A DNA stretch of 64,000 nucleotides, taken from NCBI GenBank assembly GCA_002811645.1, contig PDIP01000002.1:131683-195682 (forward strand), written 5' to 3'. Positions 10,607 to 21,265 of this stretch are shown in pieces. The stretch comes from Corallochytrium limacisporum Hawaii (lineage: Eukaryota > Protista > Pluriformea). The notes under the pieces are model-generated. The model was not told the origin of the DNA, ran no database searches, and saw nothing but the letters and a program-made list of their open reading frames with translations. The translations under genes were made by a program, and so were the position numbers. Position 1 is the stretch's first letter. Every line of letters starts with the position of its first letter.

Positions 10607-13587
10607 TTCGTGCTGTTATATTGGATAGTGATTTTATCTATGGCAAGGAGTGTCCTCCTTGCATATTTCGTCTTGATGACGAGGAACCGGCTATGGATAT
10701 TTCATATTTACCTAAAGACAGGAACTCGTTCAGGTTGTCCTGATTTTGAACCAAGCTAAGCACCTCATTTACCCTGTGCAGTCACTGTATTATTGTCTGT
10801 AGCGGGGTGTGTCGTCCGTGTGGGTAATTGAACACCGTAAGGTGTCCTAGCGAGTCCGTTTCGCAGGGTAAGTGATTCCTGTCCCGAATCTGCGCACAGA
10901 TCGGCCGGAGGGCCTTGCACAGTACTTAGAGTATTGGAAATTCCGGTTCTACGGAGCGGCTGGCCGGGAATAACCGCATGTACCACAAGCGTCGAGAAAA
11001 ATGGCTGAAGGAACAAAAACCAGTATGCGATGTGGAAGGAATATGAAATGGACGGAAAGGTGGTAGAGAACCAAGGAAAGCTTAGTTTATAATATCTACG
11101 GCAGCAACCGGCTGGTCTGATATACTCAATGCACAAAATGCTGAGGCGTACGTTGCCTCCAGGTCTTTCCAAGGTTGTAAAAGTGGGCCTTACAAGTTTG
11201 GACGAGTAGCTATTTATATCCAGTACAGCAAAAGATTGAAAACACTGACCAGAGGAATAAAAATGCGCTAATTTGGGTATCACCTTCCGCCTCACATCGT
11301 TCCGGCGCCCCTTTTTGACGCAACGGCGCATGGGGCATCTCTGTGGCGACTACATACCGGGTAGCGGTACATGTGTACTATCCAAAGATGTAACCGCGGA
11401 CACTAATCCTATTCTTTCGCTGTACACCGCAAAGTAAAATCTGCTGCCGAGAGACATTCAGAAAACGCAAAGGGCATACTGCTGCAGCACTGCTACGTCA
11501 TTGATGGCTCAGTATTCTATAACATATACGTCGGAATTCATTTCGCCAAAAAATCCCAGCGTATCCATGCCCAGAGTTTCTCAAGGAAGGGGCGGAGCTC
11601 TTGGCGCGGAAGATTAAAACACAAATGGCAATATACACCGAGCACCAATTTTAACATGCCATGTCTCTAATAGGGAGGTAAGGAAACGCAATCTATAATG
11701 GGACACGTGTGTGCATACTAAAACTATTCAACTGAAGTAGGAAATGGCTCTGGCGTTTGGGGGACCCAACTGCGGTAGCGCGCACAACAAGGGGAAAGCA
11801 CCCACAAATGAGTTGCAGCAAGGACAGAGATAGTCGGCGAGAAGGGTGTATGTGAATAAATCAATAACAGTGCACCGCAGGGCTAGGCTTCGCCTACCAC
11901 TTCCCATTATGTCGACCACGGTGAGCGATCCCGCTTGGGAATAATATTGATTGTATTTGTGAACCCGAACAACGCGCTCTGCACCCCGCCGCTTTCCCAC
12001 TCATCAGCTGGGGCCCAATCTATCGATACTGGCTTCTTCCACCAAGAGGATCGAATTAGTTACACGACTGACAACAATCTCGACTCCTCGACTACTTTCT
12101 GACGCACTAGGAACTCAACCCCACACATTTAAACTGTGACAAGAAGAGTAAATCAAACAGGACATGCACACTCCTCGTACTCAAGATCTTTATTGAACTC
12201 ACTATGGAGATCAGAATTACAGTAGTGGGCCAACCTTTACAGGGATCAAAGTAAATGGAAAAGGATAGTAACGGACGGGTTTACTTTTGTAGATGAGCGA
12301 TGGCGAGAAGAGGAGCGAGGGAGTTGTTACAGATTGCGTTTGCCCACCCGCACTCCCTCCCCCTTCCCCCTCCAACCCGCCCCCCTCCCTTCCTCCTTCT
12401 GCGAGGTCCGGGGTGAGGAACATAGCAGTGATTGGCACGAAACACTGGTAAAGCGTTCTGGATTGGATCACCAGGCTCCTGTCCTCGACCAATGTGGACG
12501 TCAATTTTTCGGGAAATCGAGTCTCCTTTTTCGGGGCCCGGGGTTTTCTAGTCGGCCCCAGGAATGGGCATATCCGCAAAGTATCTTGTCATAATCTACC
12601 TCGGACCATCAAATGAAGGAATGTGAACACACGTTTGGAATTTTTATCTTTCAATGGGTGTCGCTTCTCATACAATCCAGCATTCCGAAAAGAACTATGT
12701 CCAGTGCATGTGTGGGCACGCTCCTGATACGCGCATATTCACCGTCGACAATGTGCCGCAGCTCATTTTGTGCACCACCAAACAAATGGAAGACATGCAC
12801 ACGGCCCTTCATCCGCTCGTCAGCAACCAATCCCTTTGCGCAGACACGGGACTGCAATCACATCTTCATCAATAAGTGAAGAAAACTCATGCAACATCAA
12901 ACAGATTTGGGGATAAGCCGCTGTCGTCCTTTGTATGAACATCACGGCACCAGATGGGCAACACCTACCTAAGAAAGGAAATTGTACAAGAGAAATCCTC
13001 ATCGCATCAAAATTGCGATACTAGTGCAGCTTGTGGGTCAAGCCCCCGCTCCCGCCCTGCATTGATAAGATGCGCGCGGGTATTGGTAGACGATATGTGC
13101 TGATGGACGTGATGTTCGCGATGGCCAAAAGCTTAAGGCGCAAGTTAAGGTACGGGGATACTGGTCTTTACTAGGAAGAGTTACCGCATACCGCCTATAA
13201 CTGCCACATCACAGACTGACTTGGAGTCTTACCGAAATTGAATACTGAGAGAGGAATTGAATGTGTTGGCCTCTATCGGGGATGTTTTGTATAGATAATG
13301 TATGTGTTTTTCTCGGGAGCGCCTAGAGGTTTACCCAGACAACAATGCGCAAACATATGGACGCTGTTCTATTGCCCTGCCTATCAAGCTCTCAAGTTTT
13401 TAGCCACCTCTAGACTGCGTAGGAAAGAAAATAGAATGGTAGTAGTAGATGGCTGCTACCTGCCCAACACTGATTGCGTCTTGACGTCGCAAACGAAGAT
13501 TTGATGCTCGAGATGCAGGCAAATAAGACAAAGACAATCTCACCTGTGGCAGACACTTTTAATGATATATAAGGGTATCAGTGTTTA

Positions 13588-13605
13588 ATGTAAACGCGTT
13601 TACAT
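13588..13605. repeat. Perfect 18-bp palindrome ATGTAAACGCGTTTACAT
   Basis: Read directly; ACGCGT core; lies downstream of CK2beta. Confidence 0.9.
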
Positions 13606-13886
13606 AGTCAATCAATATTTATGAGCTAAGTCCATTAGTTACATCCGGAATATTTGTAAAATTCTTGTACGTGCTTCGGCGATAAGGAGGGTCCCCGAAA
13701 ATGATGCTGCCGTGCTCCAACGTTCTCGTCGGGGGTGAGGGATTCGGTGGAAGGGTACGGGGCGATCAAAGTGAGCTGAGTTGCACTGGATCGCTCAGTC
13801 TCGAACCAGTCCAACACTGGTCTGCAGTGAGTGTAACAGGTAGATGGTTCTATGTTTCAACGATGCTTCAACTTTATGTAATAAAA

Positions 13887-14858
13887 TCACTCCTTTTCCA
13901 GTTTCCGGTTCTCTTCGCCCTTCCTTGCACCGGCCCCCGCGGTCCGTCCTCCGTTCACTAGGGTCCCTGTCCGGTTACCTTGCTCGGTTTTGGCTGTTGA
14001 TGATGTCGCTGTAGTCACTGGAGGCAGCTGCTTTGGATATGATGGCGCGGATGGGTGGATCTTGAATCCAAACACACGGGGAACATAGTCTCTCTTCGCT
14101 TGGAGGGGTGCAAGCTCTGGGAACTGTTCGAAGAGCAAGTGCGGGTAGGATGTGCCAAAGAACGCACCATCAATGTACCCTTTCCGTTTGCTACGTGGTA
14201 CGAAGATATCCCGGCACCGAGGACAATACAAACGCACGGCACTAACGCCGGTTGTATCACTTTCTCCAATGGGTAGGACTGCTTGATCCTCACAGTACAC
14301 TCTTGGACAGACACCAAAATCTTTGCGTTCAAACTTTTCTGCCATGCGCTCCAGCCCTGGGCCTGTGATGAGGAAACGAGCATGGACGAGCCCATACAGA
14401 ATTTCTGCGCTTTTGTTCACTTCCGAACTAACGTTTCGTTGATAAAACTCAACATCTCCGACTGCCAAAAGCCACTCTAGTGCGGCGTTGTAGTCCTTTA
14501 CTACACGGTTTAGGCCTTGCAGATTGAAGGGATCTCGAATATAGCTTTCACAAACCCGGCAGAGATATGAATTGTAGCGAAGTTGTAACCACCATGTAAT
14601 CCAAGGAATTGGTTCTCCTCCTGTACTTTCCGACCTGTTGCTATTGTAGTTGTTTTGGACCTCTGTCTTCTGTTTCTTTTGAGGCTCCCCCATATCACTC
14701 ACATTAAACGCAACAACCGGACTTGCGCTCCTTTTGCTGCCGGGTGCAGTCTGTCTCGGGCCAGGATTCCGTCCAGCAGGCCATGACGGGGTAAACTGAC
14801 TAGCTCCCAGTCGTGGACTCCCTCCTCGTACCCACAATTCTGTGTCATTTGAAGACAT
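13887..14858 (-). CDS. CSNK2B: Casein kinase II regulatory beta subunit (divergent, N-terminally extended)
   Basis: WITWW, YIRDPFNLQGL, LYGLVHARF, zinc finger CPRVYC...YCPRC, IDGAFFGTSYPHLL, YVPRVFGFKIH. Confidence 0.95.
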   Translation of the reverse strand: MSSNDTELWVRGGSPRLGASQFTPSWPAGRNPGPRQTAPGSKRSASPVVAFNVSDMGEPQKKQKTEVQNNYNSNRSESTGGEPIPWITWWLQLRYNSYLCRVCESYIRDPFNLQGLNRVVKDYNAALEWLLAVGDVEFYQRNVSSEVNKSAEILYGLVHARFLITGPGLERMAEKFERKDFGVCPRVYCEDQAVLPIGESDTTGVSAVRLYCPRCRDIFVPRSKRKGYIDGAFFGTSYPHLLFEQFPELAPLQAKRDYVPRVFGFKIHPSAPSYPKQLPPVTTATSSTAKTEQGNRTGTLVNGGRTAGAGARKGEENRKLEKE

Positions 14859-16221
14859 TGTGGTCCTAGTCCTTAGCTATCGCCAATTCTCTGCTATTCC
14901 ACTGACACAAACTTCTATTACTACCCTATATCATTTAGATTTCCCGTTTTGGTTATCTCACATTCGTGGAAACTCGTTTGGACATGGTTTCGATTCTCCA
15001 ATTTGTCAGTTGTTCACAGCCCTACCGGCTGCACCGTGCTTCCGTTCTGCAAAACGTCAGACGCCGCTTTCTTGATACCTTCTCTCAAGCACAAGCGTTG
15101 CAAACTGTGCACATTCTTGGAGTGTAATTCACATGTTCACGCACCAGGGTTTACTTCATTTCCAATTGAGCTGTCAACGTCCCCTTTCAGTGAGGATTCG
15201 ACATCTCCAGCGTAATATATTTGGGTGGACGTGTGGGTGGTGGGCCGTTCGTTCGTTGCGCTTGCGCCCCAACCGTGCCGGTGCTAGGTCAAAGCTTCGG
15301 CTAGAGTGTGTGGGTTGATACCGGGCCCCAGAGTGAGGTGCTGGCAAACGTACTCATCGACCCTCCCCTCCTCTTCCCTGCAGCTGCTATTGGTCCTGGG
15401 CGCAGGTACTAGCGGTCGAGACTGACCTGCATAGTTTTCGGTGCAAGCGAGTGGCTCAGGTCGCCACAGTGGTAAAACGGACCCGTCCCCCTCAGAGCGC
15501 ATAGGAAAGGCTGTACGGGAGAATGAAAGACGAAAGAAAAGAGAACAAAGGCGTAAACGCCAGCCAAGCTCAATACCGCCGCGGGAAGCGAGGGGGGGGC
15601 GCGCAGGGGTTTGCAACGACCGGGCTCGAGGGCGCACCGGCCGGTGGTGGCCAGGTGGGGGATGGGTTTTTTGACTTCGTTGTCTCTGTCTTCCTTGTTA
15701 CTAATCTCGCGTCTCTCTGCCATGTGTCTCCCTTATGCAAGTAGTTTCACTATGCGACCGGCGCGCTGAGCTCCTCGCCGCGATACGGGGTGGAGGAGGG
15801 GAATTTTTGAATGACGAACTCGAATTTTGCAAAGTGGGGCCGGGGGTGTCTGCGCTTCTTCGCTATCCTTCATTCGGCCCCGTTTTGTCCGCGACAGAGC
15901 CGAGTTTCAGAACCTTCAGTATGGAATCTGCGTGCTCACGCCAACCACTTTAGTGTGAGCAATATTCCTGTCCACTTCTCGAGCGGGGGCCGGCTATCGA
16001 GAACAAACACAGTCCTGCCAGTGAAGCGCAACAGTGATAAATGATACTAACCGTTTGATACGGCTGTAGGACCTAACCACAAACCATCAAAGCAGGGAGG
16101 GTGAGAACGCCCGGATGGGCGGGTCGCTGATACCTAATCAGAGCGACAGAACCAACACACACTGCGAACAAGGACGACAAACATAGATTGTGATGGGCCA
16201 GAAAATAGGTTTAGTTCGTTC

Positions 16222-17060
16222 TTAAGCTTGAAACATGTTCTGGTCTGCTTCCCGGGGATGCGGCTTAGTCTGGATCCGTTCCATCTTGGCTCGCTCTCTG
16301 TTTTGAATGAAGATGCGCTCATTCGCCTTGATTTCGCGGCCGTTGAACATTGTGATCCCGCGAGAACTCAGAACTACGAGGTCGCGCAGTTTGCGATCCG
16401 CTGACACAGGGTTGTTCTCAATTTCAAGGGTGTGCAACCGATTGAGACATGGGAGGAAGAAGAGGATGTCCCCAATATCTGCAATGTGGGTTTGCCAAAT
16501 AGGTACAGAGATTTTAGTGGTCTGTAATAGAGCAAAGCTTTCGAAACCGGCGATGTTACACCACGACATGTTTAGTACCTCGATATGCCTTCCCATGGCT
16601 GCCATGCAGTCGAAATCAAAATCCATGGATTGTCCGCTGCAAGTTGCTGTCTCTCCATGTCCCATTCTCTGAGACTCTTGTTCTTTGTAGTCCTTCCAAC
16701 ACGCCGATCCGATTTCCAGCAAGATAGAGTTTCTCCAATGCCATGCAAGACTCTAATCCCTCAATCTTTTCAAGTCTATTGTTCTCCAGATGCAGATGTG
16801 TGAGCAGGATATAGAGATTGTAAGCTGTCGATTTTGGTGATACGATTGTTGAAGAGATAGAGCTGTCGAACCCGAGGGCAATTGTGTAGCGGATCAATCC
16901 TCTCTATCGCCTGGTCTGTAATACTGACATGAGTGAGCCGCTCCAGGAAGTCTTCGATCTTCTCATTCTTTAGCTTCCTCAATGTGGGCGAGCTTCTGAT
17001 CAGAAGCACCAAAGTGATCTCGGACTCCCTTGTGGAGTCCAAGGGTGCTGATGCGGACAT
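16222..17060 (-). pseudogene. PPP1R42: PPP1R42/LRRC67 leucine-rich-repeat protein with multiple frameshifts
   Basis: Repaired translation is colinear with PPP1R42: ITLVLLIRS...LERLTHVSITDQAIERI...LYLFNNRI...LTHLHLENNRL...LEKLYLAGNRIGVLEGL...LREWDMERQQL...NNPV...LRDLVVLSS...FNGREIKANERIFI. Indels at about 16811, 16684, 16637, 16521 and 16490. Confidence 0.85.
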
Positions 17061-17793
17061 TGGCTATGGGCTTTCGGCGGGTTCATGATCTCCATAGGCC
17101 GCCGATTCCAATCATCGCAGTATTACTAATAAACACTGCTAACCGTCAACAGGTTCATTTGAAATACTTAAGCTTTCCCCATCGGCCCACGCACATAATA
17201 CTGCACAAGTAGGAACCCATCAGAAAACCTCGCTCTCACCCACACTCCTTCCCCCAGTTGCTGCAACCGCACAATACCCACCTCGGGGGGAACGGGCCAG
17301 GTTGCTTAGGCATTCCGAGGTGTCTTCCCCACCGTGGACGACCCAGAGGTTGCTGCGAACCTGCTCCATCGACCAGTACATCGGTACCGCCCGGCCAGAC
17401 TCTTACGGTTCCCTTGCTACCAAAACCTCTAACCTTTTACCCGCCCCGGCCTCTCTTTCTCCTCCCCAAACCCCTTCCTGCCCCGCACCCGCGCTCCACT
17501 CGACGAAAATCTTTCTTCGCCCTCCCCGCAAACAATCTTGTACTTCCCTCCCGTTCGCCACACCACCGCACATGCATTCAAGGCCGTCCGGCTGCTGGGC
17601 CTTGAGATACTGGTCCCCCCTGTTTCGGTATTCAAATGTGCTGTAATTGGGACGACGGTAGTGAATGTACTGAGTGGCTGTTGTGGCTCTGGCACGGAAG
17701 GGCGGCTTCAATGCGCGTTCACATGGGGGGGGGGTACTGCCGCAGCAGTGGGTGCACTTCGATCCCGACAAAGGGCCGAAAAAGAAAGCAATG

Positions 17794-17932
17794 GTATGTC
17801 GCTGTCAAGCCTAATAATGGAACCTGCAAACGCGCGGAGTGCAATGAAACGGTTTCTATGATTTCATTCGATTGTATTGTGATGTTTATTTGTCCTACTT
17901 CCTTATGACCATGGTATTTAACCATTCAACAG
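17794..17932 (+). other. Putative 5'-UTR spliceosomal intron of PAT1
   Basis: G|GTATGT donor, TTTAAC branch-like site at 17917, CAACAG acceptor; lies upstream of ATG 18049. Confidence 0.45.
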
Positions 17933-18048
17933 CTGTAGAATGTGAATACTTAGCCAATCCATATGGCATGTTCTATGAAATTCAGAGACTATAATCAATT
18001 AAGCCAAGGTGACTTGGATGTGTCTCAGAAACACATAGTACTTTCGCA

Positions 18049-19698
18049 ATGTCGGGATTTTTTGGATTTAATACCGCTGATATGCCTCCTCTGAGTGAGG
18101 AAGAGCAGAGGAAACTCTTGGCAGCGCAAACAGGTCGCAAGGATCAGGACGATACTGCAGCGGCATCGTCGGCTGAGTTCCGGAACCTCTCTATGGCAGC
18201 CAAGAAAGACCAAGCCCCGCAGCCTGCATTTTCTGTCGGTACTGGTGCGTCTATTTTCACAGCAGCACCTCTGGGAGGCGCAAGCATTTGGAGTGCCGCT
18301 GGAGACGCTGGGCAGGCCTCATCACCTGCGCAGGCGATATGGGACAATGCTGGAACTGCCCCTCCGCCGTCCCAGGGAGATGGTTGGACTGACTACAAAA
18401 GTCGGGGGGCAGCAAAGATGGAAGCCAGTGCTGCACGGGAAGCCTTTGAAAATGCTGAGTCTTTTGTAATTCCGGCCGTGGTGGCAGACAAACAGAACCA
18501 GCAGACACAGCTTGCTTCCGCGCCAGCAGCAGCTGCACCTTTGCACATTCAACCGCCTGTCCAGGACACCCGGTTCACAAATATGATGACAGATTATGAC
18601 CGTAACTTCATCTTGCGTATTCAAATGCAACAAATTACCACAGGTAATCCCTATGAAGATGATTACTACTATCACATCTTGAATCAAAAACAGCAGAGTG
18701 CCCAAAATGCTGCTCGTGGAGAGCAGGGAGATACGGCCAAGGATGGCGAGTTGGAATCCTCAGATACCGAAGGAGTGGCACAGGAAATTCTTCCTCCTGC
18801 CATGATCAATCGCAAACGGGAATTCGCGGCAAAGACTTTCGAAAATACCCTGGGTAGGACAATGGGTACTTCGATCAAGGCTCCCCGGGCTCTTCTTGAT
18901 GTTCGGGCACCCTTACAGTCTGCAGTTGCGGAATCCAGTGAGAGTACGTCAAACCAGCGGAAGCGCCGGGAGATTCTGGACTACATTGAGTCCCTGTTCA
19001 CACAGATTATTGAGGCGACGAATTTGAAGCGAGGTTTGCGACGTGACGATGCTGACCTCAATGCCAAGTTGGAGCTGCTGCGGGGAGAATACAATCACTT
19101 GGGCTTGGCTGCGGATGGAAAGCCGAGTGAGAAATTGGCCTCCATTCTTGCAATTGCAAAAGGTCGACTTGCAGTGGCTCGTCTCGGGGCCATCCTACAC
19201 CCTACCGCCCTCGGTCGCAACGTTCTGGTAAAGATGGTGAAGAATTTGGACATCTGTGCAGGCTCCAGAGACCAGTGCACCATCAACATGGAGACTGGGC
19301 GCGTTCTGAGTGGCCCTCTTCATTTTGCATCTGCTGGTGAACTTGGCGAGGTTGCTGGCGAGATTGCCAGGCAGAGTGCTAATCTTGTGATCAGTGCAGC
19401 GCAGAGTGGACTTTTGGTTCCTGTTCTGCTGAAACTGCTGAACACGAGTAAAGCTAAGAATGCTGAATCAGCTATTGAGAGCGCGATGGGAAAGATCAAT
19501 GAAATTGTTGAGAAGGCCGTTGGCTCCATGGGTGGCATGAGCACCTACCCTGTGGAGTTTGTCGAACTCCTGTGTGCGTACGCTTTGGTCGTTAAGGACT
19601 CCGCCGCTGGACCCATGAAGGCGATTCAGGCCCAGAAGGATACATTGTCTGAAACCCAGCGTGAAAGTGGACTTGTCGCAGATGCTCTAGGCGCTTAG
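18049..19698 (+). CDS. PAT1: mRNA decapping activator / P-body scaffold Pat1
   Basis: MSGFFGF start; MMTDYDRNFILRIQMQQI..NPYEDDYYY; FENTLGR...APRALLDV; helical PatC domain with IAKGR. Confidence 0.9.
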   Translation: MSGFFGFNTADMPPLSEEEQRKLLAAQTGRKDQDDTAAASSAEFRNLSMAAKKDQAPQPAFSVGTGASIFTAAPLGGASIWSAAGDAGQASSPAQAIWDNAGTAPPPSQGDGWTDYKSRGAAKMEASAAREAFENAESFVIPAVVADKQNQQTQLASAPAAAAPLHIQPPVQDTRFTNMMTDYDRNFILRIQMQQITTGNPYEDDYYYHILNQKQQSAQNAARGEQGDTAKDGELESSDTEGVAQEILPPAMINRKREFAAKTFENTLGRTMGTSIKAPRALLDVRAPLQSAVAESSESTSNQRKRREILDYIESLFTQIIEATNLKRGLRRDDADLNAKLELLRGEYNHLGLAADGKPSEKLASILAIAKGRLAVARLGAILHPTALGRNVLVKMVKNLDICAGSRDQCTINMETGRVLSGPLHFASAGELGEVAGEIARQSANLVISAAQSGLLVPVLLKLLNTSKAKNAESAIESAMGKINEIVEKAVGSMGGMSTYPVEFVELLCAYALVVKDSAAGPMKAIQAQKDTLSETQRESGLVADALGA

Positions 19699-19798
19699 GT
19701 AAACAACTTGCATTTCCATCACATGTCATTTGTAGTAAATCCATCACTCAACGGTTACTGTATATTGTACTGTCCACAAACTTCAGGAGAAAAAGGCT

Positions 19799-20848
19799 CT
19801 AAAGATTGGCTTTCAAAACGGCTTGGACTTCCTTGGCAGCATATTTAGCAACCCGCGCACAACCGTCAAAGTTACCTCCGCCTCCTGTGAAGGCATCGCC
19901 AGTGACAAGAACCAGCGGACTTTGTGACACAATCAGGCCCCGTTTGTCTTTCTGAGTATCCTTTATATATCTGGCTATACCGCCAACGGTGTACCTTCAC
20001 CTCTGCGGCTTCAGGCATTCCAGGGATCAAATCGTCAAAGCTCTTCATTACTAAGGGCTTGACGGTGTCGAATTCCATGTCTAAATGCTGCAGCCCGAAA
20101 GGCACAGAGGAGTGCACACATATTGATGGGCCCACCATCGAATTTGCAGCAGCCTGACACTTGCGATTGTCGTAACTAATATAACGAATCACGTCGTCCT
20201 CATAGTAGTATCGAACTGCATCATCGTTGCCCCATGCCTTATCCACTATGTCCTGCTGGTCTTTGGTGTAGTGCAATCCCACTGCGTACCGAGAGCTGTA
20301 TTCAACCCTCTCCAGGTTGATCTTATAAGGAGCAAGCATGGTAGCCCGTCCCCTTTCAAATCCAGTAGCTGAGGAATAGGGATCGTAAGTACAACACCGT
20401 CAAAAGTATCGCTCTTGCCATCTTCAGTTGCTACTTGGACTTGATTATCTCCTGTCTTATTAATTTCAACCACTCGTTCCTTGAAGTGCACATCCACTTC
20501 CTTAAGTAAGTACTTGACCACACTACTGATGCCTGTAGGGCTAGAATAATGGCATTCATCAGCTTTGTGATTTCCGCCCTTGATTAGAGCAGAGTCAAGG
20601 AGTTTGATAGCGCCTGCCTGCAGCAATTCGTCATAGAGTTCGTTGTGTTCGTCACTGTGTTTTGTCAGGTACTGTGCACCGAGATCGACATGGTTGCCCT
20701 CCACTTTCTGTGAACGGCTAGTGCTCATTCTCCCTCCAACCCCTCTACCCTTGTCCCACAGAGTCACAGCTGCACTGGAGGACGCTCGCCGTAGCTGATG
20801 ACTCAGCAGTGCGCCCGTTGGACCAGCTCCGACGATCAAAAGCTTCAT
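19799..20848 (-). pseudogene. RNLS: Renalase (FAD-dependent NAD(P)H-isomer oxidase) with two frameshifts
   Basis: IVGAGPTG, WDKGRGVGGRMSTSR, DLGAQY, VLTIPIPQLL, YSSRYAVGL, HSSVPFG, HRWRYSQ. A third frame supplies GDAF...NFDGC...KANL* (stop 19799-19801). Indels at about 20346 (-1) and 19949 (+1). May be a real disruption or a consensus error. Confidence 0.85.
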
Positions 20849-21022
20849 CTTGAACGTGTTTCAGCGTTGCATTGCCACGGAATTCAACCGGAGGGGAAGC
20901 ACAGAAGAGATTAAATGCTATTAAAGTACCTCACTCTCGCACCGACCCATCGTCGGCCTCTGTGATGCAGTGTATTCCTCCACGGTTTGCCACCCTTGCC
21001 ACCCCTAACACGCCTCCCCAAG

Positions 21023-21045
21023 GCCCCCCCCCCGGGGGGGGGGGC
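21023..21045. promoter_or_regulatory. G-C10-G11-C palindromic element upstream of renalase
   Basis: GCCCCCCCCCCGGGGGGGGGGGC about 180 bp upstream of ATG 20848. Confidence 0.55.
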
Positions 21046-21265
21046 AAACGGAGATGGTCCCGGCCTCATCGACGATTCCATCCGAACGGTCTTTGAGGGT
21101 AGATCCATCTCAAGGGGAAGGGCAGTAGGAGCGGTTGGCTCACTCCGTTGATGGTGCATCACCGCAAAACCAATAACCCGTCATGGTTACACAGACACAA
21201 GTGTGAAAGCACGATTATGATTACATTACGAGTATGTACACAAATTCAGACCTACTGATATTCCT

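Noticed and set aside
12654-12875. VPQLILCTTKQMEDM...LCADT resembling a MULE transposase fragment
   Set aside because: Too short and weak; no terminal inverted repeats or further catalytic motifs.
16222-20848. Frameshifts in PPP1R42 and renalase as programmed frameshifting, RNA editing or tiny introns
   Set aside because: Indels have mixed signs, no shared slippery motif and no GT..AG pair at the sites; repaired proteins are colinear with homologues, leaving no room for introns.
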